A stretch of DNA of 64,000 bases, from the IMG/VR virus record IMGVR_UViG_3300025082_002887, positions 20,702-84,701 of that record; one strand, written 5' to 3'. Made by a program: the position numbers and the translations under genes. Source of the DNA: a virus. Shown here one piece after another: positions 9,740-19,137 of this stretch. The first letter of the stretch is position 1; every line of letters begins with the position of its first letter. The notes under the pieces were generated by a model. That model searched no databases. It saw only the letters and a program-made list of their open reading frames with translations, and was not told the DNA's origin.

Positions 9740-10856
9740 GAACATAACTAATGGTTTAAATACAACAAAAAAAGCTGCTTTATATTATAAGACAGAACCC
9801 TACTATACCAATGTGGATTCTTATGTACATACAAATAACTGGGAAATATTACAATCAATAAACATCTTAAACCGGCGAGGGTATTCCGTTGATTTGTTAG
9901 ATCGGGGGATTCATAATTGGGCTCCTAAATTATCTTATGATATATTTCTTGGCCTAGGCGTAGGAAATACAGGAAGAAATTTTGTAAGGTGGGCCACCGC
10001 TTCCAGGGCCAAGCAAAAAGTTTTGTTATCGATGGGCCCTCAACCAGATGTTTCTAACAAACTGGTGCATATGCGATATGAGATGTTCAATAAAAGAACT
10101 GGACAGCATGCCCCTCCGATGAGAACCGTTGAGGCAGTAACGGGCGATCAATTTATTGAAATTATAAACACCGCAGATTTTGTGTTTAACATTGGCGAAA
10201 AAAACACTCCAAGTTATAATAGTTTTGCCAAGTATGGAAAGCCCGTTTTGAATTTTTATCCGTCTGTAAGCCCTGCTGTACAGTTCCGCCCGGATTGGAT
10301 TGAAACAAGAGACCTTAATTCATTTTTGTGTTTTGCTGGAAATGGATTTATTTGTAAGGGCGTGGACCTTGTAGTGGAATCATTTTTGAACAATCCCACA
10401 AAACAATTACATATATGTGGACCAAATACAGAAAAAGCCTTTTTTAATTATTATGGAGATCTTATCAACAAAGCACCCAACATTAAATATCATGGTTTTA
10501 TTACGCCCGGAGGAAAAGTATTTAATGAATTAGCCGCCAAGTGCTCGTTTGTCATTTTTCACTCCGCGGCCGAAGGTTGTTGCACCTCTGTTGCCACCGC
10601 AATTAAAGCCGGCCTGGTGCCAATCATTAATCCATGGACCGGCATTTGTATTAATAATCAAGATGGCATTGTATTAAGTGAAGATGGGATCTTGATTGAA
10701 AATATATCTGATGGGGTAAAAAAAGCTTCATCGATGAGCGACGCGGCCTATGAACAGATGTTGAGCCATACTTTAAAAAAATCTGAATTGTTTTCACAAC
10801 AATCCTTTATAAAAAGCTATGCAGCTGCGCTAGATACAGTGATAGGGGAGGAATAA
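9729..10856 (+). CDS. Glycosyltransferase (GT4-like)
   Basis: KGVDLVV, LHICG, SAAEGCCTSVATAIKAGLVPI. ATG at 9729 preferred over TTG at 9723. Confidence 0.8.
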   Translation: MIIENITNGLNTTKKAALYYKTEPYYTNVDSYVHTNNWEILQSINILNRRGYSVDLLDRGIHNWAPKLSYDIFLGLGVGNTGRNFVRWATASRAKQKVLLSMGPQPDVSNKLVHMRYEMFNKRTGQHAPPMRTVEAVTGDQFIEIINTADFVFNIGEKNTPSYNSFAKYGKPVLNFYPSVSPAVQFRPDWIETRDLNSFLCFAGNGFICKGVDLVVESFLNNPTKQLHICGPNTEKAFFNYYGDLINKAPNIKYHGFITPGGKVFNELAAKCSFVIFHSAAEGCCTSVATAIKAGLVPIINPWTGICINNQDGIVLSEDGILIENISDGVKKASSMSDAAYEQMLSHTLKKSELFSQQSFIKSYAAALDTVIGEE

Positions 10857-11824
10857 TGAAAATTGTTTTTAACACACAACAGCCGTATGCGCCATGTTCC
10901 ATGTTTTACACGGCAGCGTTTCAGGGAATAGACGATTTAGTTTTTTATGATAATGATTTTGCTTCATATGATGTGGCATTATTTATGACATATGATCATG
11001 AACAAATAAAACATGTTAAACGGAGGTTTCCTCAATTAAAAGTAGGCATAATTGATCCACGCAGCAGCAAAGTATATGATAGCACACAATATTGTGATTT
11101 TATTGTCATTGACAGCATTGAAATGGAAGATTTTTGGAGGATGTCTGGGAAGCCTATTTTTAGATACATTGAATACCCCAACATACCATATGTGAAGAAA
11201 GTGCATGAACAAAAAGATAAGATAATTATTGGCTACCATGGCAACCAAATTCATTTAGCATGCATGGCAGAAAATGTTACGCCCGCTTTATCGGCGCTCG
11301 GTAAAAAATACAACATAGAGCTTTTAGTTATGCACAATGGCTCTCCACCGCGCGGCAACGAAAATTGGATTCCAGATAACGTGTCAGTTCGCCACATTCC
11401 ATGGAGTATGGAAAACTATATTCATGAATTAGGACATTCAGATATAGGCATTGTGCCCAACAATAAAATACATGATGTTTCAACAAAGTTATTAACTAAA
11501 ACAAATAATAATTTTAACTATACTGATGATGATTATTCCTTAAGGTTTAAAATGCCGTCAAACCCGGGGAGGTACGTTATTTTTGGCAAATTAGGTATCC
11601 CCGTGGTTGCTGATTTCTACCCATCAGCGTTACAGTATTTAAAAAACGATGTCGGATTTGTAGCCCATAGTAAAGCCGGTTGGCACCATTGTTTGGAACA
11701 GCTAATCATTTCTTATAATTTGCGACAAAAGATGGGCGACAAACTTCAAAGTTTAGTGCGAGAAGAGTTTGATTTTGAGTTGCAAAATAAGAAACTAATT
11801 TCTTTTTTAAAAGCTAATGTATGA
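10856..11824 (+). CDS. Putative glycosyltransferase (GT-B fold)
   Basis: IIGYHGN, SDIGIVP, K..SNPGR, LGIPVVAD, LRQKMG C-terminal pattern. Confidence 0.7.
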   Translation: MKIVFNTQQPYAPCSMFYTAAFQGIDDLVFYDNDFASYDVALFMTYDHEQIKHVKRRFPQLKVGIIDPRSSKVYDSTQYCDFIVIDSIEMEDFWRMSGKPIFRYIEYPNIPYVKKVHEQKDKIIIGYHGNQIHLACMAENVTPALSALGKKYNIELLVMHNGSPPRGNENWIPDNVSVRHIPWSMENYIHELGHSDIGIVPNNKIHDVSTKLLTKTNNNFNYTDDDYSLRFKMPSNPGRYVIFGKLGIPVVADFYPSALQYLKNDVGFVAHSKAGWHHCLEQLIISYNLRQKMGDKLQSLVREEFDFELQNKKLISFLKANV

Positions 11825-12459
11825 TGATGAAAGATTTATATTTTTTTATTGCCCATTTAGATGATTTTGAAATATCGTGTTTGGGATACCTTTTTAAAAA
11901 TAAACACCAATACAATAATATTAATATTATTATATCTACGAATTGGGCACCCAAAAAAGAGATATGGAAAGAAAATCTTGAGCTGATAAAATCTAAATTA
12001 GACATTAATGTTGATTATATTAATTTGGATTACAATCAAAGAACACTGATGAGCAATTTTGACAATTTAAAAGACGACTTCTATAAACAAATAAATTTTA
12101 ATAATAGATTTGATATTGTCACGCACGATAGTGAAGATTGCCACACGGATCATATAGCCTGCAACATAATCGCCACGGGCCTTTTTAAATACACGAATAA
12201 GTTTGTAACTATATATTCACCCAGCTCTAAAAATTTTAAGGCAAATTATTGGATTGGGTTGACTAAAAAAACATATCAATTCAAAAAAGAATGTATTGAT
12301 AAATATAATATTAATAATGAACAATCTTATACAAAATTGGGCTATTATATACAAAACGAAGATCATTATAATATTGGTAAATCCTATTATCTTGAAAATT
12401 TTGTACATCAAGACTGCGATTATTATGAAACCTATAGAATACTTAAGTCTTTAGAGTGA
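11821..12459 (+). CDS. PIG-L/LmbE-family de-N-acetylase
   Basis: AHLDDFE and THDSEDCHTDH metal-binding motifs. Confidence 0.8.
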   Translation: MMMKDLYFFIAHLDDFEISCLGYLFKNKHQYNNINIIISTNWAPKKEIWKENLELIKSKLDINVDYINLDYNQRTLMSNFDNLKDDFYKQINFNNRFDIVTHDSEDCHTDHIACNIIATGLFKYTNKFVTIYSPSSKNFKANYWIGLTKKTYQFKKECIDKYNINNEQSYTKLGYYIQNEDHYNIGKSYYLENFVHQDCDYYETYRILKSLE

Positions 12460-13160
12460 GAATAAGCATACATCAGCCGGAACATATGCCATGGCTTGGT
12501 TTTTTTAACAAAGCTATTAATTGTGATATTTTTGTGCTTTTAGATACCGTTCAGTTTGAGAAGGATTATTTTCAAAATCGAAATCAAATTATATCAAATA
12601 ATGCTAATGGTCGAGAGTGGCTCACCATCCCTGTAAAAAAAGGCAGACACACAGATTTAATTTGTGAAAAACAAACAGCATTTAATCGAAAGACCAAAAA
12701 TAAATATTTACAACAAATATATAGAGCCTATAGTTCTTATCCTTTTTATCGCGATATAATGTGCGACATTACAAGCATTATTAATTATGATGATGTATAT
12801 TTATCAAAGTTGAACATCAAGCTAATAAAATATTTTATTAATCTATTAAACATAAAATGTAAATTACAAGTATCATCTGATCTTCAGTTGAGGCCATGCG
12901 AACCAGGCGGCGTAATAAATTATAATATTTGCAAGAAGCTGGGTGCAACAACGTATTTGTCGGGAAAATCAGGTAAAAATTATTTAGACGAAACCCCGTA
13001 TTTAAAAGATAATATTTCTGTTAAATACCAAAATTTTAAACATCCAGAATATCTTCAACCTAGAGACAGTTTTATTTCTAACTTGAGTATTCTAGACTTG
13101 GTTTTTTCTTTAAGTGTTGACCAGTGTTGTGATATAATAAACGAAGCATACCAGATATAA
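12456..13160 (+). CDS. wbqC: WbqC-family protein
   Basis: IHQPEHMPWLGFFNK, LDTVQF, QNRN, WLTIPV, YLSGKSGKNYL, LSILDL. Confidence 0.9.
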   Translation: MRISIHQPEHMPWLGFFNKAINCDIFVLLDTVQFEKDYFQNRNQIISNNANGREWLTIPVKKGRHTDLICEKQTAFNRKTKNKYLQQIYRAYSSYPFYRDIMCDITSIINYDDVYLSKLNIKLIKYFINLLNIKCKLQVSSDLQLRPCEPGGVINYNICKKLGATTYLSGKSGKNYLDETPYLKDNISVKYQNFKHPEYLQPRDSFISNLSILDLVFSLSVDQCCDIINEAYQI

Positions 13161-13176
13161 ATTAACAGGAGTAAAC

Positions 13177-13836
13177 GTGTTAGATAAGAAGAAAGTGAGA
13201 GGATTAATATGTGGCCGCGGCAAATCATTAAAACACTATAATAAGCTTTTATCGACAAAATTTGATTTTACTTACCTGGTTAATGAATTTAATCGATTTA
13301 TTAGAGAAGATGAAAATTTATTGTTGTTTTTAAAAAGCAAGTCAGAAGAAGGTCACTTAACCCAACAAGTCAATATCGAAGCTGGGGGAGTTGACTCTTT
13401 TTTGTTAGAAAACATAGAAATAAAAGAAATAATAATGGCTAGGTTGGCATACAATGGTGAAAACTCAAAATGGCGCCCTCGTATAAATACAAACATTTTT
13501 AATCACTTTGGAAAAACCCTACAATTACAGCCGGATACAGTCGCTCCTTATATGAAATATATTGAAAACTCTTTAGGTATTGCAATATTGAATTTAATAG
13601 TTGACAAGGGTTGCGATGAAATATGTATTATAGGCTCGGACTTTTATGAGGCTGACTATTATCTTTCCCACCGCGGCCCTGATTGGTTTGAGGTTTCTAA
13701 GAAGAAAATACAGGATAAATTAAAAAAAGGGATTGATCAGTTGGTGGAAATATTCCCAGAGGTGAAGTTTAATATTTACACCTGTTCAACTTATAAAAAT
13801 AATTTTGCTAACTGTGATATCACAAAAATTGAGTAA
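13177..13836 (+). CDS. CstII (GT42)/Maf-like putative nonulosonate transferase
   Basis: LICGRGKSL...FDFTYLVNEF and EICIIGSDFY parallel the CstII motifs IIAGNGPSL...FDVFRCNQF and EIYLSGIDFY. AGGAG RBS and GTG start. Confidence 0.55.
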   Translation: MLDKKKVRGLICGRGKSLKHYNKLLSTKFDFTYLVNEFNRFIREDENLLLFLKSKSEEGHLTQQVNIEAGGVDSFLLENIEIKEIIMARLAYNGENSKWRPRINTNIFNHFGKTLQLQPDTVAPYMKYIENSLGIAILNLIVDKGCDEICIIGSDFYEADYYLSHRGPDWFEVSKKKIQDKLKKGIDQLVEIFPEVKFNIYTCSTYKNNFANCDITKIE

Positions 13837-13844
13837 ATTTTAAT

Positions 13845-15464
13845 ATGAGCACCAAAACAGATATCGGTATGAAAATAACTTTTATTAACATGCCTCTTCG
13901 CGAATCAGCTTCGCCCAATACTCCACCCGAAGGTCCAGGTATATTAGCAGCAATTGCACGCCGGCACGGAGCAGAGTCGTATATACTTGATTTAAATGCT
14001 TATCGGATTAAAGATATCATAGCTGAAAAAAGAGGGCTCCCGAATGGAAGACACTTAACATATGATGAGGCTGAGAATTTAATAGTTCAACATATTAAAA
14101 ACGTGGGCGATCAAGACATAATTGCTTTTTCTGGCAAAATAACGACTTTAAGATGGCAAGAACAAATAGCAAAAATCATTAGAAACCATCAGCCAGATGC
14201 CTTTTTAGTAAGCGGGAATGGCCTAGCTACAGAAATCAAGACAGGCCTATTCAATTGGATTCCAGAATTAGATGCAATTGGAAGATCAGAAGGGGATGAT
14301 ATTATTCTTTTAATTTTGCAAGATGCAAAAACTATAAAAGAAATGGGGATTAATAAGGCTTTACGATCCGGTAGACTAAGCACATCTTACATAGGGGAAC
14401 TTAATGGAAAACATAGGTTTTGCTATGAAGGTGATAGGCCTCGTAATCTAGATGTGATCCCATATGCAGCGTGGGATTTATTAGAGTCTGATCCATATGG
14501 TCATAATGTTTTAGAAGACTACATTAAAATACCGGTGTGGGGAATTGCTGCAAATAATAGCTCTGCCACCCCTTTTACTATGGAGAGAAGCTTAACTACA
14601 GTTAGTAGTCGTGGCTGTCCGTATGCATGCGCATTTTGCTACCGCGGCTCTCAAGGCGAGCGAAATTATGGGATGAGATCTCCAGAGCACATTGCAAAAC
14701 AAATTAAAGAGTATGTTGATAATTACAATCTAGATTTTATAGGCTTTCCAGATGATAATTTTGCAGTAGATAAAAGAAGAATGGAAAGAATCCCAGAAGT
14801 TTTTAAGGAATACGGAATTAATCATATTAGGTGGGGCACACACACTCGTATGGATGAAGCAGATGAACGAATATTCGACATGGCACGAGGTGGGTGTGTA
14901 TATATTGGCTTTGGAGCAGAATCTGCTTCTCCTCACACTTTGAAGCTCATGAAAAAGGGCGGTTTTATATTAAAAAATGGCCTAACGCCAACAAAAATTA
15001 ATGGAAAAATTTATGAGTTTCCAACAACCATGGTTAACGCCGTTAAAAACAGTAAAAAAGCTGGTGTACACGCAAACTGTACTTGGATCATGGCATACCC
15101 AGGAGAAGAGCTAAAACATTTAAAAACAAGCGTAGCATTTATTTTATGGCAACAGGAATTTTGGTCGAATAGAGAATCAGTGAATAGAAAAATGTTTACA
15201 GCAACTGCATATCCCGGGACAGAAATGTGGAAAGTGGTTCGCCCACAATTAGAAAAGCATTTTAATATCAATTTTAATGTTATGGGAGAGCCCATTTGTG
15301 ATGAAAATTTTCATCAATATGTTTTAGAATTAGATGATGCTACGAAAGTTTTAAATAATAAACATGGAAATCCTGTAAATTTTGGCAGGATGCCAATGGA
15401 AACTTTCCTACAGGCTAGAGACTATGTTAATTCTGATCAAATAGAAAAGATCTTAGACATGTAG
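13845..15464 (+). CDS. Cobalamin-binding radical SAM protein (class B methylase-like)
   Basis: PPEGPGILAA N-terminal B12-domain pattern, SRGCPYACAFC (CxxxCxxC), FPDDNF, GFGAES, YPGT. Confidence 0.9.
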   Translation: MSTKTDIGMKITFINMPLRESASPNTPPEGPGILAAIARRHGAESYILDLNAYRIKDIIAEKRGLPNGRHLTYDEAENLIVQHIKNVGDQDIIAFSGKITTLRWQEQIAKIIRNHQPDAFLVSGNGLATEIKTGLFNWIPELDAIGRSEGDDIILLILQDAKTIKEMGINKALRSGRLSTSYIGELNGKHRFCYEGDRPRNLDVIPYAAWDLLESDPYGHNVLEDYIKIPVWGIAANNSSATPFTMERSLTTVSSRGCPYACAFCYRGSQGERNYGMRSPEHIAKQIKEYVDNYNLDFIGFPDDNFAVDKRRMERIPEVFKEYGINHIRWGTHTRMDEADERIFDMARGGCVYIGFGAESASPHTLKLMKKGGFILKNGLTPTKINGKIYEFPTTMVNAVKNSKKAGVHANCTWIMAYPGEELKHLKTSVAFILWQQEFWSNRESVNRKMFTATAYPGTEMWKVVRPQLEKHFNINFNVMGEPICDENFHQYVLELDDATKVLNNKHGNPVNFGRMPMETFLQARDYVNSDQIEKILDM

Positions 15465-15471
15465 GGAATAT

Positions 15472-16239
15472 ATGTCAAAAGCTATATTTATAACAGTTCG
15501 ATCCGGATCATCCCGATTACCAAAAAAAGCGTTATTAAAAATTAATGATGCTGCAACAATAGAACATTTAATAAATCATGTAAGAAAATCACAAAAAGCT
15601 GATAAAATTGTTGTTTGTACTACTGTCTCTAAAAATGACGACGAAATTTGTGCTTTGGCAGAGAAGAGCGGAGTTAATTTTTTTAGAGGGAGCATTAAAG
15701 ATAAATTAGATAGATGTTTAAAAGCTGCGTTGCATTATAATATAGAATATTTTGTTAATGTTGATGGAGATGATATCTTTTGCGAGCCGGAATTAATTGA
15801 TTTGGCTTTTGATCAGTATGAAGCTGACAATCATGATTTCATAAAGTCAAATGAAAAAGACCTTGTTTGCGGAGCTTTCACTTTTGGTATTAAAACAGAG
15901 GCGCTAAAAGAAATCTGTCGTATTAAAGATACTGATGATACTGAAGCTGCGTGGCTTTTATTTTCTGAAATTTCTTCTATTAAGACGTCAATGCTGGACA
16001 ATATACCCGAGATATATTGCCGTCCAGAAATAAGAGCAACCCTGGATTACTCAGAAGATCTAGAATTTTTTAAAGCTATAATTGATCATTTTCACGACCG
16101 AAACAAAAAACAATTTAGCTTGAGAGATATTATATCTTTTATAGATTCGAATCCTGACGTTCTGTTAATCAACAGACACAGGCATAAAGATTATTTAGAA
16201 AATCAAAAAAAATTATTAAAAAATATAGGAGTCCAATAG
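15472..16239 (+). CDS. Cytidylyltransferase (SpsF/NeuA/KdsB family)
   Basis: VRSGSSRLPKKAL, FFRGS, VDGDD, RATLDYSEDLEF. Confidence 0.9.
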   Translation: MSKAIFITVRSGSSRLPKKALLKINDAATIEHLINHVRKSQKADKIVVCTTVSKNDDEICALAEKSGVNFFRGSIKDKLDRCLKAALHYNIEYFVNVDGDDIFCEPELIDLAFDQYEADNHDFIKSNEKDLVCGAFTFGIKTEALKEICRIKDTDDTEAAWLLFSEISSIKTSMLDNIPEIYCRPEIRATLDYSEDLEFFKAIIDHFHDRNKKQFSLRDIISFIDSNPDVLLINRHRHKDYLENQKKLLKNIGVQ

Positions 16240-17256
16240 ATGTCCGAATTAAAAGAAAGAGTTACATATCATTCCGGTGAATGGGTACCGGAATCTAAAG
16301 CTGCGATTCATATATATGATTCTCAGTTTATGTATGGAGATGGTGTTTTTGAGATGGTTAGAACTTTTAAACATAAGTTCTTTTTGTTGGAAGAGCATAT
16401 CGACAGGCTTTATAGAAGCATGAAGTACATGCATATACCATTTAATAAAACAAAACAAGAAGCAATTGATTTATGTTTAGAATCATTTGATAGAAACAAG
16501 GCCCACTTTCCGGAAGGAGAAGAGTGTCGTGTGATGATTAATGTTTCTAGGGGTCCACTAGGCATATATAAAGAAGTATTTGAGCTATCCAAAAGTCAAG
16601 CTTGGAATGAACCAACTTGGATTGTGAATGTTTGGCCTCTTAGTAAAACTGCTGGAATATTAGGGCATTTTTATGAGACAGGCGCTAATGCGGTGATTCC
16701 ATCACAAAGACAAATCCCCTCGCGCCTGTTGGAAAACAAAGTTAAAAATAGGAGTAGATTTCATTACCAAATGGCAAATATACAGGTTTCTTCTTTTGGC
16801 AAGGATGCTATGCCGTTGTTATTAGATGAGGATGGCTTTATAACTGAGAGCACAGGCGCAAACTTTTTAATGATAAAAGATGGAAAGTTGATTGCTCCGG
16901 AGCTAAGAAACATGCTCAGAGGCTCTAGTATGATGTATATTTTGGAAGTTTTAGCTCCTCAAATTGGTTTAGAAGTGGTTCATAAAAACTTTGAACCTTA
17001 TGATGTTATGAATTGTGATGAGGCTATGTTCACTGGAACTTTTGTTAATTTGCTCCCTTGTAATAGATTAAACGGAATATATCTTAATGCGGACATAAAA
17101 GAAAATCCAATTGGGCCGGTCACACAAAGAATTTGTGACGCATGGTCAAAAAATGTTGGGATTAATTTTATAGGACAAATAAAAGATTGGTCTAAAAATG
17201 TTTCTTCAGTGGGCATATCAAGTGCAATGTTGGGGTCTGGAGGTGAAAATGAGTAA
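16240..17256 (+). CDS. PLP-dependent aminotransferase class IV (IlvE/Dat/PabC fold)
   Basis: YGDGVFE, HIDRL, catalytic-Lys region NKVKNRS, ITESTGAN, EAMFTGT. Confidence 0.9.
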   Translation: MSELKERVTYHSGEWVPESKAAIHIYDSQFMYGDGVFEMVRTFKHKFFLLEEHIDRLYRSMKYMHIPFNKTKQEAIDLCLESFDRNKAHFPEGEECRVMINVSRGPLGIYKEVFELSKSQAWNEPTWIVNVWPLSKTAGILGHFYETGANAVIPSQRQIPSRLLENKVKNRSRFHYQMANIQVSSFGKDAMPLLLDEDGFITESTGANFLMIKDGKLIAPELRNMLRGSSMMYILEVLAPQIGLEVVHKNFEPYDVMNCDEAMFTGTFVNLLPCNRLNGIYLNADIKENPIGPVTQRICDAWSKNVGINFIGQIKDWSKNVSSVGISSAMLGSGGENE

Positions 17257-17944
17257 GAGGATAATTATAACCGGCTCAGAGGGGCTTTTAGGAAAAGAGA
17301 TAAGTAGATATTTAGAATCTACTGGCCACTCTGTGATCGGGTGTGATTTACAGCTTGGTCACGATTTAACAGATGAAGAATTTGTAAAAGATTTTTTTAA
17401 GAAAAATAAAGCAGATTGTTTAGCAAATTTGTATGCTATTAATCCACATGTGAATTCAGAGGATTACTCTACAAACATGTTTGATATAACTTTAGATTCT
17501 TTAAATTCGTATTTACAGGTTAACCTTTTGAGTCTTTTTTCTGTTTGTAGAGAATATGCAAGAAATAATAAAAATGGCTCTATAATTAATTTTTCTTCGA
17601 CATATGGAATTGTATCGCCCAATCCTGCGCTTTATGAAGAGGGAAAAGAAAAACATATTGGCTATTGCGTTTCTAAATCTGGTGTGATACAATTAACTAG
17701 ATATTTGGCTGTACACTTAGCACCAAATATCAGGGTAAACTGCGTAGCACCAGGAGGCGTTACTTTTGAACCCACTAACGAACATAGTAAAAAGTTTATT
17801 GAACAATACAGAGAGAAAACACCTATGAAAAGAATGATGAATGTTGATGAATTAAATGGAATTATCGAATATTTATGTTCTGACAAATCCTCATATGCTA
17901 CTGGGACTACCTTTCATATTGACGGGGGCTGGACCATATGGTAG
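17249..17944 (+). CDS. Short-chain dehydrogenase/reductase
   Basis: ITGSEGLLG, NFSSTYG, YCVSK (YxxxK), IRVNCVAPGG, IDGG. Start moved to the ATG at 17249, behind GGAGGTG. Confidence 0.9.
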   Translation: MSKRIIITGSEGLLGKEISRYLESTGHSVIGCDLQLGHDLTDEEFVKDFFKKNKADCLANLYAINPHVNSEDYSTNMFDITLDSLNSYLQVNLLSLFSVCREYARNNKNGSIINFSSTYGIVSPNPALYEEGKEKHIGYCVSKSGVIQLTRYLAVHLAPNIRVNCVAPGGVTFEPTNEHSKKFIEQYREKTPMKRMMNVDELNGIIEYLCSDKSSYATGTTFHIDGGWTIW

Positions 17945-18789
17945 ATTTTAGAAATTTAAATAAACATTATTTTATTGGTGAGATCGGCATTAATCATAAC
18001 GGCGATTTGCAAATAGCAAAAAAATTAATTGATGCGGTGCATGCATGTAACTGGGATTGCGCCAAATTCCAAAAAAGAAATCCCGATGTCTGCGTGCCAG
18101 AACATCAAAAAAACGTCTTAAGGGAAACACCATGGGGCACTTTAAAATATATTGACTATAAATACAGAGTTGAATTTGGTAAAGAAAAATATGATTATAT
18201 AAATTCTTATTGTGGCGAAAAACCAGTCGATTGGTCAGCTTCTGTTTGGGATTTAAATAGTTTAGATTTTCTGTTACAATATAATCTGCCTTTTATTAAA
18301 ATCCCTTCTGCCATGGTGGCTAATGAGGTTTTAGTGGCAGAAACTGCAAAGTCTGGTAAACCTATTATAATGTCAACTGGTATGTGCAACATAGAAGAAG
18401 TGGACAGTGCTGTAAATAATGTATTGAAATATAACGATAATCTAGTTTTAATGCACACAAACTCTAGTTACCCGACACCCAAAGAGGAACTAAACTTAAG
18501 TTTAATACCTTTCTTAAAGGAACGTTACAATTGCACAGTAGGATACTCGGGGCATGAAGAGGATCTAGAACCAACAGTGATCGCTGCAGTACTGGGTGCT
18601 AAAGTTATTGAAAGGCATATAACATTGTCGCACGATATGTGGGGCACAGATCAAAAATCAAGTTTAGAAGTATTGGCAATGGATATATTACAAAAGAGAA
18701 TAAAAGATATCGACAAGATTGTGGGAAAACCAATCAAGGAAGTTACAAATAGTGAAGTCAATATTAGAAAGAAGTTGAGGGGATATTAA
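17938..18789 (+). CDS. neuB: N-acetylneuraminate/nonulosonate synthase (NeuB family), short form without the SAF domain
   Basis: IGEIGINHNGD, AKFQKR, KIPSA, MSTGM, HTNSSYP, GYSGHE, IERHITL, GTDQ. Confidence 0.92.
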   Translation: MVDFRNLNKHYFIGEIGINHNGDLQIAKKLIDAVHACNWDCAKFQKRNPDVCVPEHQKNVLRETPWGTLKYIDYKYRVEFGKEKYDYINSYCGEKPVDWSASVWDLNSLDFLLQYNLPFIKIPSAMVANEVLVAETAKSGKPIIMSTGMCNIEEVDSAVNNVLKYNDNLVLMHTNSSYPTPKEELNLSLIPFLKERYNCTVGYSGHEEDLEPTVIAAVLGAKVIERHITLSHDMWGTDQKSSLEVLAMDILQKRIKDIDKIVGKPIKEVTNSEVNIRKKLRGY

Positions 18790-18814
18790 TGAAAAGTAGT
18801 TATGATGTGATTAA

Positions 18815-19126
18815 ATGGTAATTTATGTAGATATTGATGAAACAATTTGTATAACACCAGGAGATGCGCATACGGCAAGAAATTATGAAAATGCAAAACC
18901 TCTATTAAAAAACATTGAAAAATGTAATAAACTATATGAAGATGGTAATACAATTGTATATTGGACCGCCAGAGGGTGTACAACTGGTATAGATTGGTTT
19001 GACGTTACAGAAAAGCAATTAAATGAATGGGATGTTAAATATCACGATCTAAAATTGGGAAAGCCATTTTATGATTTATTTATTGATGATAAAGCAATAA
19101 ATTCAAAAGATTTTTTTAAAAATTAG
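18815..19126 (+). CDS. Small HAD-family phosphatase (capsule-biosynthesis type)
   Basis: VDIDETI (DxDxT), WTARG, GKP, FIDDKA. Confidence 0.85.
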   Translation: MVIYVDIDETICITPGDAHTARNYENAKPLLKNIEKCNKLYEDGNTIVYWTARGCTTGIDWFDVTEKQLNEWDVKYHDLKLGKPFYDLFIDDKAINSKDFFKN

Positions 19127-19137
19127 GAGGAAAATAG

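Noticed and set aside
17198-17248. Longer N-terminus proposed for the SDR
   Set aside because: It overlaps the aminotransferase; the Rossmann motif and RBS point to 17249.
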